From Dehalococcoidia bacterium (GTDB lineage Bacteria; Chloroflexota; Dehalococcoidia; Lucifugimonadales; UBA2962): 64,000 nt of DNA. Shown here piece after piece: positions 1-10,417 of the stretch (positions are counted from its first letter, which is position 1; each line of letters starts with the position of its first letter). Under the pieces are notes generated by a model, which did not search any database, was not told the origin of the DNA, and worked only from the letters and a program-made list of their open reading frames with translations. The position numbers and the translations under genes were made by a program. The stretch is taken from contig DAOUKM010000004.1 in the NCBI GenBank assembly GCA_034421295.1, positions 12,399 to 76,398 on the forward strand, given 5' to 3'.

Positions 1-83
1 CTAAGCCGACGTCAACGGAAAGGGCGCCTCTATGATGCCCGCCGACGATCCTTGCAAGCTACGGCCGCACCGGGACCTTACTC

Positions 84-779
84 TTGATCAGCGATTCCCA
101 ATCAGTTGGCCTTCCAAGAGCGATCATATTCGACCTGGACGACACTCTGATTGATTCCTTCCAAGCCCGCCGATGCGCCCTTGAGAGGGTGTTTCGACTC
201 GCCGGCATACAGACGCTCACTGCACACGAGTTCCTGACGAATCTGGGCGGCCGTCAGCTCTACGGCACCTTGGATCAATTGGCGCCTGGCCGACGCATCG
301 AGGGTGCAAGCCTGTCGGAAGCGTACAGAGACTTTTACTGGAGTAGGAGACCGGGACTCATCAGCCTATTCCCTGGAATCCGGACTCTTCTTGGGGATCT
401 TCACTCATCCGGTTGCAGGTTGGGCGTACTCACGCAAAAGGTGCGGAGTTTCGAAATCGACGGGCGCCACTACGGAGCATCACACAAACTCAACGATCTC
501 GGAGTGGCGAACCTGTTCTCGGTGGTAGTTGGATTCGAAGACGTGGGACGCCACAAGCCCGACCCCGAAGGCATCGAACTGGTCCTGGCCCGGCTGGATG
601 TCCCGCCAAAGGAGGCGCTACTTGTCGGGGATAGTGCCGCAGACATCGAGGCGGCGGAGGCGGCCGGATGTCCGAGCTGTTACGCCACCTGGGGTCTACA
701 GGTCGATGCCGCTTCTCCTGACTCCGTGCCGGACTATGTCACAGGCTCCCCCGCCGAACTCCGATCTCTGGTGCTCTGA
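84..779 (+). CDS. HAD-superfamily hydrolase (phosphoglycolate phosphatase / PpaX-like)
   Basis: ORF 84-779 with a TTG start. HAD motif I is FDLDDTLIDS (DxDxT), the motif III Lys lies in GRHKPDP, and motif IV is GDSAADIEAA. Family-level call only. Confidence 0.8.
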   Translation: MISDSQSVGLPRAIIFDLDDTLIDSFQARRCALERVFRLAGIQTLTAHEFLTNLGGRQLYGTLDQLAPGRRIEGASLSEAYRDFYWSRRPGLISLFPGIRTLLGDLHSSGCRLGVLTQKVRSFEIDGRHYGASHKLNDLGVANLFSVVVGFEDVGRHKPDPEGIELVLARLDVPPKEALLVGDSAADIEAAEAAGCPSCYATWGLQVDAASPDSVPDYVTGSPAELRSLVL

Positions 780-1574
780 CAATTGGCGCGATTCACCTGA
801 CCTGGCCACCTTCCCTGGTGACCTCGCGCCAGTTGCGATCTTGGCCCTAGGAACGTCTTTTTTTCCGCTGCAACTGCAGCGAGCGCTTCATTTCGTGGCG
901 CACTGCCTTCCCATCGCGCCGGGTGCCGTCTGACATGAGGTCGGTGTGCGGGCCTGTCTTCGCTGGCCCCTTCCTGGGGTCTCCGTCCGCCTGTCAGGGG
1001 CGGCCACGGCTAGTCGCTTGAGGCGAGCCACCTTCGTGGGGCATCGGGCACGGGGCACCGGGAGCAGGCGGGGTGAACTCTTATCCCACGACCCAAAAGG
1101 ACAGCCCATCAGCTCCACGTCCCTTGAATCTGTGGCTCCCCCAGCCGCGACATATGGCCTGCATATCAATTGATGATAAATTTTCATGAATTGCTGTATG
1201 ACTGTTCGCACACTGGGTGAGCTGGCACCTGGACCTCTCGAAAACTCGGATCAGGCCGTCAGACGGCTCGTGCGCGAACTCGAACAGCCTCGCAAAGGCC
1301 CGCGACTGCACACCTCCCCTTTCGGGCTGGCAGGAACTTCGTGGTCGACGTGCCGACGGTAAGGCGGAGCGGGTGTGCGATTAGCCGGGGCGAGGAGAAC
1401 CCTTCGAGTACCTCCGCAGCATCTCCGGTCCCGCGCGACTCTCTGGCTCCCGTTCAGTCGCATAACGCGGAGGCTGCATCGCCTGGGTTCGGCAGAGCGT
1501 CCTTGGACCACCGCGACGCGCCCGCTGGACGCAGCAGGTTCCCGTTTGCCAGAAGCAGGTAGCGAAAGGCTTGA

Positions 1575-2147
1575 TTGATGCTAAAGCTGATAGCCCCTAG
1601 AGACCTGGGGCCGGTCCCCGCCGTGGCCGCCACGGCATTGGTGGCTCTGGCCGTCTTCGCCTGGACCGAGAGGACCGTCCTCGTGGACCCGGAGCATATG
1701 TCCGTTCCCTACTGGCCCTGGAAGCTGTGGCAAATCGGTCCGTTGCTGATCGGGTTCGCCGGCGTCTGGTGGCTCTGGCTCAGCACCCGCCGGGTCGCCT
1801 GGGTCCGGAGCCTTGCGCTGGGCATACTGGCCCTGGTGGTACTCGTCAACGGGTACAGCGATCTGTTCGGGTACCACTGGGGCAACGTGTGGCGCACCGT
1901 CAACCCGCTGTTCATCGGGTCCTCCAGCGTGGCGGCGGTGGTTCTGTGGCGCTGCGGGTGCGCTCCGGGGCGCGTGGCCGCAGCCGTCTCGGCAGCGCTG
2001 GGTGCCCTCGTGTTCGCCAACGGCTATTTCGTCGACAACGGCGTGATCTGGCAGATTCTGAACCCGGGGCGGATGCTTGCGGCGCTGGCATGGGCCGCCG
2101 CTGCAGGTCAGGCAGTGTTCGGCAAACCTGAGAGTGGCGGGCCATAG
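1575..2147 (+). CDS. hypothetical integral membrane protein
   Basis: A 190-aa ORF with several long hydrophobic, Trp-rich segments (AVAATALVALAVFAW, IGPLLIGFAGVWWLWL, LALGILALVVLV). No recognisable family. The start could be ATG at 1578. Confidence 0.5.
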   Translation: MMLKLIAPRDLGPVPAVAATALVALAVFAWTERTVLVDPEHMSVPYWPWKLWQIGPLLIGFAGVWWLWLSTRRVAWVRSLALGILALVVLVNGYSDLFGYHWGNVWRTVNPLFIGSSSVAAVVLWRCGCAPGRVAAAVSAALGALVFANGYFVDNGVIWQILNPGRMLAALAWAAAAGQAVFGKPESGGP

Positions 2148-2624
2148 GTCAACGGCCAGGATACCGGCCGCGCCGTTGATGCAGACGGTTTCGGCACCCC
2201 GGCTGCGGGAGCGCGTTCATACGCGCACGCAACAGAAAAAGTAGCAGAGGAATTGCGTGAACCTGCTGTCCGGTGTTCTCGGCAGGATGGCGCTACCCAT
2301 AGCGATGCGCGCCCATATATTAGCCTTGCCGAAGGCGCTTTCAGTGGTGCGCCCACGGGTCCATCCGGCAGTGTGGGCACGATCGCAATTGCATTTGAGC
2401 CTCATACCCTTGTCACTCCGGCCGGGTCTTTGTCCAAGATACGTACCGGCTCGCTAAGCCGTCTCCCGTGGCGAGCATGGTTCGCCCAAGCGGCCCCTCA
2501 CGATCCACCCCAACCGTTGGACCGGGCCTGAGTCCAGCTGGGAATTGCTGGGGGCTGCCCCACCCGTCATACCGCCGGAGGCTGGTAGCCGGAGGCCAGG
2601 GAGATCTGCGTAGGGTGATCCAGC

Positions 2625-3464
2625 CTAGTCGCGCTTCACCCCCACTGCATGCGCCCTCGCGATTGACAGGTAGGCGTCAGAGTGCTTTGCCCACTCGCGG
2701 ATGCCGCTGACCATCGACTCTAGCTCAGAGTCAGTGGTCAGGCCCAGTTCAATGGACTCCTGGAACAGCGGGATGTTCTCAATCCACGCGATGTATGTCT
2801 CAGCCGACACGATCGCGGCTTCCTGACCCAGCGGGTGAGACATATTGGCCTCGAACTCGGTGACGTCGAAGCCAGCCTCGCGCATGTGGGACCTCAGGAA
2901 GCGCCCTCGGTTCAGCGATCCGCCGATGCGGTTGAATCCGCCCTCGAACAGCTCGAAGAACCTGCTCAGCTCAGGACACTCTGGCACGATGAACGGGAAC
3001 GACCAGTCGGTGCGAGCGACCGCTCCAACGCCGCCGGGTTTCGTGACCCTGTGTATCTCCCTCAGCGCACGGACGGGATCGGAGAGGTGCTCGGTGACCG
3101 CGCTGGAAAAGACGACCTCGAACTCGCCGTCTTCGTACGGCAGGTCGTAGATGTCTGCTACCTGGAACTCGAGGTTATCCAGTCCGCTTTCTGCGGCTAG
3201 CCGGTTGGCCTGGTCGATCATTTTTGGCTCGATATCGATGCCCACGACCCGACCGGGGGCCACAATCTCCGCGAAACCGAGCGTGATCGGCCCCGGCCCG
3301 CAGCCGCAGTCGAGTACGCTCTTACCCTCAGACAGGTGTGGCACCAGGAAGTCGGCGAGATGGACTGCGTCGCGGTTAGCGTAGCTCCGCTGAACGCTGG
3401 CCGAGTCGTATCCATAGAATGGCCTTCCTCCGAACTGCGGTGTCTGTGGTACGTCTGCCGTCAT
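2625..3464 (-). CDS. class I SAM-dependent methyltransferase
   Basis: SAM-binding motif I VLDCGCGPGPITL and an acidic post-I residue in GIDIEP. AAGGAG lies just upstream of the ATG (reverse complement of ctcctt at about 3472-3477). Confidence 0.85.
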   Translation of the reverse strand: MTADVPQTPQFGGRPFYGYDSASVQRSYANRDAVHLADFLVPHLSEGKSVLDCGCGPGPITLGFAEIVAPGRVVGIDIEPKMIDQANRLAAESGLDNLEFQVADIYDLPYEDGEFEVVFSSAVTEHLSDPVRALREIHRVTKPGGVGAVARTDWSFPFIVPECPELSRFFELFEGGFNRIGGSLNRGRFLRSHMREAGFDVTEFEANMSHPLGQEAAIVSAETYIAWIENIPLFQESIELGLTTDSELESMVSGIREWAKHSDAYLSIARAHAVGVKRD

Positions 3465-3759
3465 AATCGTGCTCCTTGTATCTTGGTTTCGGGAGTGACG
3501 ATCGCTTCACTCAGGTGGATCGGGGTGCGGCAGACCGAATGCTCCCTGGTCATAGAAGGCCGTGCAATTGCGAGGATCGCCGCACCCCTGACCTGGTGAG
3601 GACGGTCCGAACCGGATTTCCCAGACTTTCCCCGGAAGGCACTGGGGTCAGCACCATGCTCCATTCGTGCCGGATCTACGCATGCCCGCACCCAGGTTCT
3701 CATTTTAGGCGCCGACTACAATCAGCCTTTCATCCATGTGATACAGGGAAGGTGCGACT

Positions 3760-4881
3760 ATGAGAATCGAGACTCTTGCCGTTCACAGCGGCCGGCATGT
3801 CGACCCGGCCACCGGCGCGGTTACTCCGCCGATACATATGTCAACCACGTTTGAGCGAGGGGCGGACGGCTCATATCCCCAGGGGTACGTCTACGGGCGG
3901 TCCGACAACCCCACTCGCTCCCTATTGGAGGAATGCATCCGGGACCTGGAAGGTGGAACGGCTGCCGCGGCGTTCCCTTCAGGAGCTGCGGCCATCGCGG
4001 CTGTCTTCCAGTCTCTAGCCCCCGGCGACCATATAGTCGCGCCCCAGGACATTTATCACGGCACGGCCCTGCTGCTAAGAGAGCGTCTGGTCCGTTGGGG
4101 CCTAAAGGCTTCCTTTGTGGATATGACGGTCATTGATAGAGTCCGCGAGGCAATCACGCCTGCTACCAGGCTCATCCTCGTAGAGACTCCATCCAATCCC
4201 TTGCTGAAGATCACCGACATCGCTGCTGTGGCGCAGGTGGCCCGTCAGCAAGGGATCGTATGCGTCTGCGACAACACCTGGGCCACCCCCGTGCTGCAGC
4301 GGTGTCTGGAACTGGGAGCGGATATGGCAGTCCACTCGACCACAAAGTACCTCGGCGGCCACGGCGACGTTACGGGCGGAGTAGTGGTCAGCGGCGGGGA
4401 CAGCGCCATGTTCGAAGAGATACGGGCGATACAGCAAAGCGGCGGATCTGTCCCATCTCCTTTCGACTGCTGGCTGATACTCAGGGGAATACGGACCCTG
4501 CCCTACCGTATGAGGGCCCACTCCGAAAACGCTGCCAGAGTAGCCGCCTTCCTGAATGGCCATCCCCAGGTCTCACAGGTGTTCTATCCGGGGCTTAGGG
4601 ACCATGTGGGACACGACGTCGCACGTGGCCAGATGGGCATGTTCGGGGGGATGCTGTCCTTCCGGGTCCGCGACGGTGAGGAGGCAGCCTTCAGGGTTGC
4701 CGCCCGGACATCCCTGTTCACTCGAGCTACAAGCCTGGGCAGCTACGAAAGCCTGATCGAGCATCGGGCCTCCATCGAGGATCCTGGCAGCTCTACCCCC
4801 GCTGACCTGCTGCGGGTGTCGGTGGGCCTGGAAAACGCCGAAGATCTGGTCCTTGACCTCGAACAAGCCCTGGGCGCATAG
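3760..4881 (+). CDS. Cys/Met-metabolism PLP-dependent enzyme (cystathionine gamma-synthase / gamma-lyase / beta-lyase family)
   Basis: N-terminus ETLAVHSG and PLP-lysine motif HSTTKYLGGHGD, both typical of the family. Length is 373 aa. Exact activity cannot be assigned from sequence alone. Confidence 0.85.
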   Translation: MRIETLAVHSGRHVDPATGAVTPPIHMSTTFERGADGSYPQGYVYGRSDNPTRSLLEECIRDLEGGTAAAAFPSGAAAIAAVFQSLAPGDHIVAPQDIYHGTALLLRERLVRWGLKASFVDMTVIDRVREAITPATRLILVETPSNPLLKITDIAAVAQVARQQGIVCVCDNTWATPVLQRCLELGADMAVHSTTKYLGGHGDVTGGVVVSGGDSAMFEEIRAIQQSGGSVPSPFDCWLILRGIRTLPYRMRAHSENAARVAAFLNGHPQVSQVFYPGLRDHVGHDVARGQMGMFGGMLSFRVRDGEEAAFRVAARTSLFTRATSLGSYESLIEHRASIEDPGSSTPADLLRVSVGLENAEDLVLDLEQALGA

Positions 4882-5059
4882 GGGGCGCGAAGATCCTTCG
4901 ATGCGCTTGACCCGCTTACCCTGATCCAAATTGGACGGGCATGAACTTGCCACCTGCCTAAGCACACGACCGCGGGGAGGAGAGCTATGGCCTCCGCATC
5001 AGATACGCACCTACGAAACGCTCTTCACCGGTTCACCAAAGTACCCATGGCGAGGGCTG

Positions 5060-6172
5060 TTAAGAGGTGAACCGGCCGATCGCACGGTTGACCTCTGCCG
5101 GCGCTTCCATCATGGTCATGTGGCCGGCGCTGTCGATCCGGTGCACGGTAACGCGATCGGGCAGGCCGTCGGCGTGGGACGGGGGGATGATTCGGTCCTT
5201 GCCGCCCCAGATCACCTGGACGGGGATATCGAGCCGGTTAAGCGCATCCCGGTAATCGAGCGTCTGCTCACCGTCGGCGATGAAGCCGGCCGCGACCGCA
5301 CGCAGCGCGCCGTCGACTCCGTCCAGACGTTTGAATTTGAGAACGTCGTCCACAAGCTGGCGGGTGACGAGCGCCGGGTCGCCGAATAGCTGCTCTAGAT
5401 GAGGCTTCAGCTGCCGCCTGCGCGCCGACTCGATGAAGCCGCTGACGTAGTCGATGCTGATCTCGGCTCCCAGTCCTGCGCTGGCAACTAGAGTTAGGGA
5501 GGCGCACAGACCAGGATCGGAGATCGCCAACTCCAGCGCCACAGCGCCACCCAGCGAGTGGCCGACAACATGGACCCGGGACAGCCCGAGGGAGGCTGAA
5601 AGCCCGGTCACGCTCTGTGCCAGGGCGTCCACACTGCCGCCGTTAACGTCCTTGGAAGAGCCTCCGTGTCCGGGCAGGTCGATAGCGAACACGGCCCGGT
5701 TCGCCGCCAGGGCCTCATGGTTGAACATCCAGTTGTTGAGGTCGCCCCCGAAGCCGTGAATCAGGACGATCGGCTCGCCGCCATCTCCATGCTTAAGGTA
5801 GCGCACCGCCCGGCCGTCGATGTCCGCAACCTGCGGCGTCGCACCCTCGTCTTCTGCCTGCTCCGGTACGAAGGATCCCAGAAAGGACTCGACGAATTCG
5901 TCTATCTCATGGTCCGGGATCTCGGGGCCGGCGATAATCCCGAGCAGGCCCGCCACAGGAACCTGGTCACCCTCCCTTGCCACCCGGCGGCGCATGACGC
6001 CGGCGGTGGGTGCCTCAGCGGCGCTGGCGATCTTCTCGGTCTCGATCTCGACGATCTCGTCGCCGGCGTCTACCCGGTCACCCTCCTCCACCAGCCAGCG
6101 GGTGACCAGACCCTGGGTCATGGTCAGGCCCCACTTGGGCATCGTCACTCTCGAGAGTCCGTCCTGGGTCAT
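5060..6172 (-). CDS. acoC: acetoin dehydrogenase E2-type component: N-terminal lipoyl domain fused to an alpha/beta-hydrolase fold (AcoC-like)
   Basis: Lipoyl domain MPKWGLTMTQG...EIETEKIASAAEAP, then alpha/beta-hydrolase motifs HGFGGD and the nucleophile elbow GHSLGG. The start overlaps the acoB stop by 4 nt. Confidence 0.8.
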   Translation of the reverse strand: MTQDGLSRVTMPKWGLTMTQGLVTRWLVEEGDRVDAGDEIVEIETEKIASAAEAPTAGVMRRRVAREGDQVPVAGLLGIIAGPEIPDHEIDEFVESFLGSFVPEQAEDEGATPQVADIDGRAVRYLKHGDGGEPIVLIHGFGGDLNNWMFNHEALAANRAVFAIDLPGHGGSSKDVNGGSVDALAQSVTGLSASLGLSRVHVVGHSLGGAVALELAISDPGLCASLTLVASAGLGAEISIDYVSGFIESARRRQLKPHLEQLFGDPALVTRQLVDDVLKFKRLDGVDGALRAVAAGFIADGEQTLDYRDALNRLDIPVQVIWGGKDRIIPPSHADGLPDRVTVHRIDSAGHMTMMEAPAEVNRAIGRFTS

Positions 6173-7182
6173 GCGCTGTATTCGGCGACCTCTCTGACCG
6201 CCGACTCGATCCTCGCGGCATCCGGCTTGTACAGGTCCTCCAGTGAGTCGCTGAAGGGCACGGGGGTATGGGGAGCGGTCACAAGCTTGATCGGGGCCTC
6301 CAGGTCGCCGAAGGCCTCCTGGGAAATCAGCGCAGAGATATCGGTGGCCACGCTACACCTCGGAGACGCCTCGTCCACCACCACGACCCGGCCGGTCTTC
6401 TCCACGCTTTCGAGGATCGTCTCGTCGTCGAGCGGCGAGGTCGTGCGAGGGTCCACCACCTCGCACTGTATGCCGTCCAGCGCCAGTCTACCTGCCGCCT
6501 CCATGGCTGTATGGACCATCTGCCCGAGCGCCACTATGCAGACGTCGCCCCCCTCACGGACCAGGTTTGCCTCGCCCAGGGGAATGGCGTAGGACTCTTC
6601 GGGAACCTCGCCCTCCATCTGGTAGAGGGCCTTGTGCTCGAAGAACATGATCGGATCGTCGTCCCTGATGGAGGCTATAAGCAGCCCCTTGGCGTCATAG
6701 GGAGTTGCCGGGACGACGCACTTGAGGCCGGGCACGTGGGTGAAGATGCTGTACAGGGTCTGGGAGTGCTGGGCCGCCGCCCGGATGCCCGCACCGTACA
6801 TGGTACGTATCACCACCGGGGTCTCGGCCTTGCCGCCGAACATGTACCTGAACTTGGCGGCCTGGTTGAATATCTGGTCGAAGCACACTCCCATAAAGTC
6901 ATTGAACATCAGCTCGGCGACCGGGCGAAGACCAGAGGCGGCTGCGCCGACCGCGGCGCCGATGAACGCGGACTCGGTGATGGGAGTGTCCATGACCCGC
7001 TCGCCGTGCTTTGAGTACAGGCCCTTTGTGACTCCCAGCGGTCCGCCCCATGCGTCCATCTCGCCGTCCGCGCCGGATCCCCCGGCGACATCCTCCCCCA
7101 TCACGATGACGGTGGGATCGCGTGCCATCTCTTGGTCGAGTGCCTCATTGATGGCCTGCTGGTAGGTGATCGTCCTGGCCAT
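6169..7182 (-). CDS. acoB: 2-oxoacid (acetoin/pyruvate) dehydrogenase E1 beta subunit
   Basis: A 337-aa transketolase-like pyrimidine-binding and C-terminal domain, with sequence typical of E1 beta (MGEDV...DTPITE...GAA). It sits between the E1 alpha and AcoC-like genes. Confidence 0.85.
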   Translation of the reverse strand: MARTITYQQAINEALDQEMARDPTVIVMGEDVAGGSGADGEMDAWGGPLGVTKGLYSKHGERVMDTPITESAFIGAAVGAAASGLRPVAELMFNDFMGVCFDQIFNQAAKFRYMFGGKAETPVVIRTMYGAGIRAAAQHSQTLYSIFTHVPGLKCVVPATPYDAKGLLIASIRDDDPIMFFEHKALYQMEGEVPEESYAIPLGEANLVREGGDVCIVALGQMVHTAMEAAGRLALDGIQCEVVDPRTTSPLDDETILESVEKTGRVVVVDEASPRCSVATDISALISQEAFGDLEAPIKLVTAPHTPVPFSDSLEDLYKPDAARIESAVREVAEYSA

Positions 7183-7212
7183 TCGTTGCCTCCCTTTGAG
7201 GAGCTGGCGGGG

Positions 7213-8181
7213 TTAGTAGCTTACGTAGACGTCGGTCAGGAGATCCTCAACCGTCGGCTTGGGATCGGATTTGGCTGCCGCAACGGCCGAGTCGATCAGG
7301 CCGGCGACCTCGTGGTCGATTGCGGCGAGCTCTCCGGGCTCTACCTGTCCTCCCTCCACCACGATGGCGATAAAGCCGGCGATGCAATCCCTGGTCTCTC
7401 GTATGGTCTGGGCTTCATCGGCCCCGCGGTAGGTCTGGGCGTCGCCCTCGAAGTGGCCGAAGTACCGGTTGACCTCGCACTCTATGAACGCGGGCCCGTC
7501 ACCCCGGCGGGCCCTTGCCACCGCCTCTCGGACCGCCTCGTAGACGGCGAAGAAGTCGTGGCCGTCGACCGTGAGCGCGGGCATACCGAAGGCGGCCGCC
7601 CTGCCCGCGATGCTGTCGGTGCCGACGGCATAGTCCCGCGACGTAGCCTCCGCGTATCCGTTGTTCTCGGCGATGAATATGGCCGGCAGTTTCCACACCT
7701 GAGCCAGGTTCAGGCTCTCGAGCGTGGTGCCCTGGTTCGACCCGCCGTCCCCGACGAAGGCGACCGCGACGTTATCGGTGCCCTGCACCTTTGCCGCAAG
7801 AGCCGCCCCGCAGATGAGGGGAGGTCCTCCGCCGACGATGCCGTTGGCGCCCATCATGCCCTTGTCCAGGTCGGCGATGTGCATCGAGCCGCCTTTGCCG
7901 TGGCACACGCCGGTCCTCTTACCGTATATCTCGGCCATCATGGCGTGAACGTCTACGCCCTTGGCGATGCAGTGTCCGTGTCCGCGGTGCGTGGATGCGA
8001 TCTTGTCGCCCTCCTTGAGGTTGACGCAGACGCCGGCGGCGCAGGCTTCCTCTCCCGCGTACAGGTGCACGAATCCCGGGATCTCGCCGGTGGCGAACTC
8101 CTCGTGCAGCCGTTCCTCGAATACACGGATGGTCTTCATCGTCCGGTATACGTCTAGCAGGTCGCTCCTGGCGAGTGACAT
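7213..8181 (-). CDS. acoA: 2-oxoacid (acetoin/pyruvate) dehydrogenase E1 alpha subunit, thiamine-diphosphate dependent
   Basis: ThDP-binding motif GDGGSNQG...ENNGYA and an N-terminus typical of E1 alpha (YRTMKTIRVFEERL). GGGGAGG lies upstream of the ATG. Confidence 0.85.
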   Translation of the reverse strand: MSLARSDLLDVYRTMKTIRVFEERLHEEFATGEIPGFVHLYAGEEACAAGVCVNLKEGDKIASTHRGHGHCIAKGVDVHAMMAEIYGKRTGVCHGKGGSMHIADLDKGMMGANGIVGGGPPLICGAALAAKVQGTDNVAVAFVGDGGSNQGTTLESLNLAQVWKLPAIFIAENNGYAEATSRDYAVGTDSIAGRAAAFGMPALTVDGHDFFAVYEAVREAVARARRGDGPAFIECEVNRYFGHFEGDAQTYRGADEAQTIRETRDCIAGFIAIVVEGGQVEPGELAAIDHEVAGLIDSAVAAAKSDPKPTVEDLLTDVYVSY

Positions 8182-8317
8182 CGCGGATCTGCCTCCCCGT
8201 AGGCATTGAGCCGGGATTGGCCGCTAGCGTAGCACGGAGCCCCGCGCACCTGCCATAAGGACAAGATTCCGCCGTTTCCCGGCGCGACGGGTGAACTAAA
8301 GGCAGCTTGCGCGTGGC

Positions 8318-9271
8318 TCAGGAGGGTATCGCCCGGCCCAGCCCGCGCTCTAGCGCCATCCGGTATATGCGAATGCCGACGGCGATATCCTCGATGGCGA
8401 CTCCCTGGGACTCGAAGAGGGTGATGTCGTCGTCTGATCGACGGCCGGCGACCTGGCCCGTCACCACGTCGGACAGGTTGCGGACGTGCTCCCATGCGAG
8501 GACGCCGCGATCGATGGGTTCGACGAGATCGCCACACTCGATCTTCGCTTCTTGGACGTCGTCGGCAACGACCACGCCAGCGCGACGGACGACCTCGGAG
8601 TCTACCTCCTGCTTCATCCAGTGATTGTTTCCAGCGGCGTTGACGTGCGTTCCGGCTCCGAGCCACCCGCCCGAAAGGACGGGCGTGGGCGACGTGGTGA
8701 TGACGTTGACGATGTCGACGCCTTCGACGCACTCACGGCCGCTGCCAGCGGGGCGGACCTCGATGCCGAGGCGCCGCTCCATTGCCGAGGCCAGGCGCTC
8801 CCGGTTCTCGCGGCTGCGCGAGTAGATCCTGGCGCTGGTGATGTCCCTGACACTGCACACGGCCTCAAGCTGAGTGCTGGCCTGGTAGCCCGATCCGATC
8901 ATGCCGACCGTGGACGCGTCGGCGCGGGCCATGTACTTGGTGGCGATGCCGCTGGCGGCTCCGGTGCGGACCTGTCCCATTCCATTGGCCTCAATGAGGG
9001 CGATGAACTCCGCCGTGGTCGTATCGTAGAGCTGCACGTAGAAGCGCGAGCTGTTGGCGGCGAAGTCATAGGTCTTCATGCCCATGGCGCCGAGTTCAGG
9101 GGCCGTCGCCGCCATGAAGTTGAAGGCGCCGTCGCCGTTGGGCAGGCGGTTGCGCGGGAAGTTGAAGGCCTTGCCCTGGGCGAGGTGGACAAAGCCCTTC
9201 TCCACCTCCTTTAGCGCGATGTCCATCGTCAATACTGCGGCGACGTCTTGTTCCGTCAGATAGAGGGCCAT
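8318..9271 (-). CDS. ornithine cyclodeaminase / mu-crystallin family protein
   Basis: A 317-aa ORF with the NAD-binding segment MIGSGYQASTQLEA and an overall OCD/mu-crystallin-like sequence. Confidence 0.8.
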   Translation of the reverse strand: MALYLTEQDVAAVLTMDIALKEVEKGFVHLAQGKAFNFPRNRLPNGDGAFNFMAATAPELGAMGMKTYDFAANSSRFYVQLYDTTTAEFIALIEANGMGQVRTGAASGIATKYMARADASTVGMIGSGYQASTQLEAVCSVRDITSARIYSRSRENRERLASAMERRLGIEVRPAGSGRECVEGVDIVNVITTSPTPVLSGGWLGAGTHVNAAGNNHWMKQEVDSEVVRRAGVVVADDVQEAKIECGDLVEPIDRGVLAWEHVRNLSDVVTGQVAGRRSDDDITLFESQGVAIEDIAVGIRIYRMALERGLGRAIPS

Positions 9272-9450
9272 GTCGGTTCTCCGTTACATTGATGGGCCTG
9301 CTTCAGGGCGCCGAGAGCGGGTGTGAAGCCACTCGATGCGGCTACTCTACAAGAATCGAATGATGTAACGATCCCGCCGGGTCCCGGACCCTGCCGAGCG
9401 ACGCAAACCTGGCGGGAGACCCGATGCGAAGTGGACCTGATCTTTCGGGC

Positions 9451-10206
9451 TCAGCTGCCGAGCGCCGGCCGTTTCCCCCTGTACGCTGCCATGAGTTCGT
9501 CGCGCTGGTTTTCGGGCAGGTATTTGACCGCTTCACGCATCGCGACACCCGCGATTCGATGGGTCCTTGGCGCCACCCACCTGTAGACGAGGCAGGGCCG
9601 CTTCTTACTCACCTCTCTCAGCGTCCATCCGATGGCCTTGCGGATGAAGAACTCCTTTTCGCAGAGCATCGCATCGGCGTATCGACTAAACCGGTCGAAA
9701 TCTCCTTCTCCACGTCGCAACGGGACCAACAGGGCGAGGATGGCGGATCGGCGCACCCAGAAGTCCGCATTTATTGCCCATCGGTTCAGTGCTGAGCCAA
9801 GTTCAGGAAACCGCTCCACCAGCGCACCCGCCATGTAGATCGACAATGGGTCGACGTAGGCCCAGGACTTTGACCTGCGGATAAGTGTTTCGACAAGTTC
9901 AAGGTCCCTGGCCTCAAGGAGATTGGTAGACCGCTGAAGAGCGACAACTCCCGCTACGCGCAGTTCATGAACGTCCCCATCCCAGCAGGCATCAACGAAC
10001 GCAAGCAGCGTCGTCCTCTCCGTGATCGAGTCGCGCCCTACGACCTGCCTTACGGCCTTCCGGATCGAAGGAACACTCGCACCTATGAATCGAAGGTCGC
10101 TCCTGAGGTACCGCTTCTCGTTCCTGGCGCGCTCGGGGTCCGCGGAGCCCCTGAGAGCCTCGCCGATGGCTTCTACCCACCCGCTAACGGCGGCCTTCTC
10201 GTCCAA
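9451..10206 (-). CDS. DNA alkylation repair protein (AlkD-like HEAT-repeat family)
   Basis: ADPERARNEKRYLRSDLRFIG and FFIRKAIGWTLREVSKK match my memory of the DNA_alkylation family. TTG start. Confidence 0.7.
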   Translation of the reverse strand: MDEKAAVSGWVEAIGEALRGSADPERARNEKRYLRSDLRFIGASVPSIRKAVRQVVGRDSITERTTLLAFVDACWDGDVHELRVAGVVALQRSTNLLEARDLELVETLIRRSKSWAYVDPLSIYMAGALVERFPELGSALNRWAINADFWVRRSAILALLVPLRRGEGDFDRFSRYADAMLCEKEFFIRKAIGWTLREVSKKRPCLVYRWVAPRTHRIAGVAMREAVKYLPENQRDELMAAYRGKRPALGS

Positions 10207-10417
10207 ATTTACCGCACCCCGCGATGGCCCAATTCCGGAGCCTGCACGCGGCGGGCTGACCCGAGGCGGGCGGCCGCACCCTCGGACTCACCGGTGCCCT
10301 GAGCCCGGCCAGGTGAAGGCCCACCGGCGGGATTAGTACCGACAGGGTCAATCATGGCTCCGGCGACGCGGTCAGATACCTGTCCGCCATAGCTCGTGCT
10401 GCCCAAGAGCCTCTGAC

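Noticed and set aside
3465-3759. Possible SAM riboswitch upstream of the Cys/Met PLP enzyme gene
   Set aside because: I compared by eye with the SAM-I and SAM-IV consensus features I remember (GAGGGA, GGCAACC, paired GGUCAU/AUGACC). Only a short GGTCA...TGACC pairing is present, and the conserved core is absent.
5666-8157. Long plus-strand ORFs (5666-6592, 6268-7014, 7132-8157) across the aco operon
   Set aside because: They are antisense to three well-supported dehydrogenase subunit genes, and their composition is typical of off-frame GC-rich sequence.
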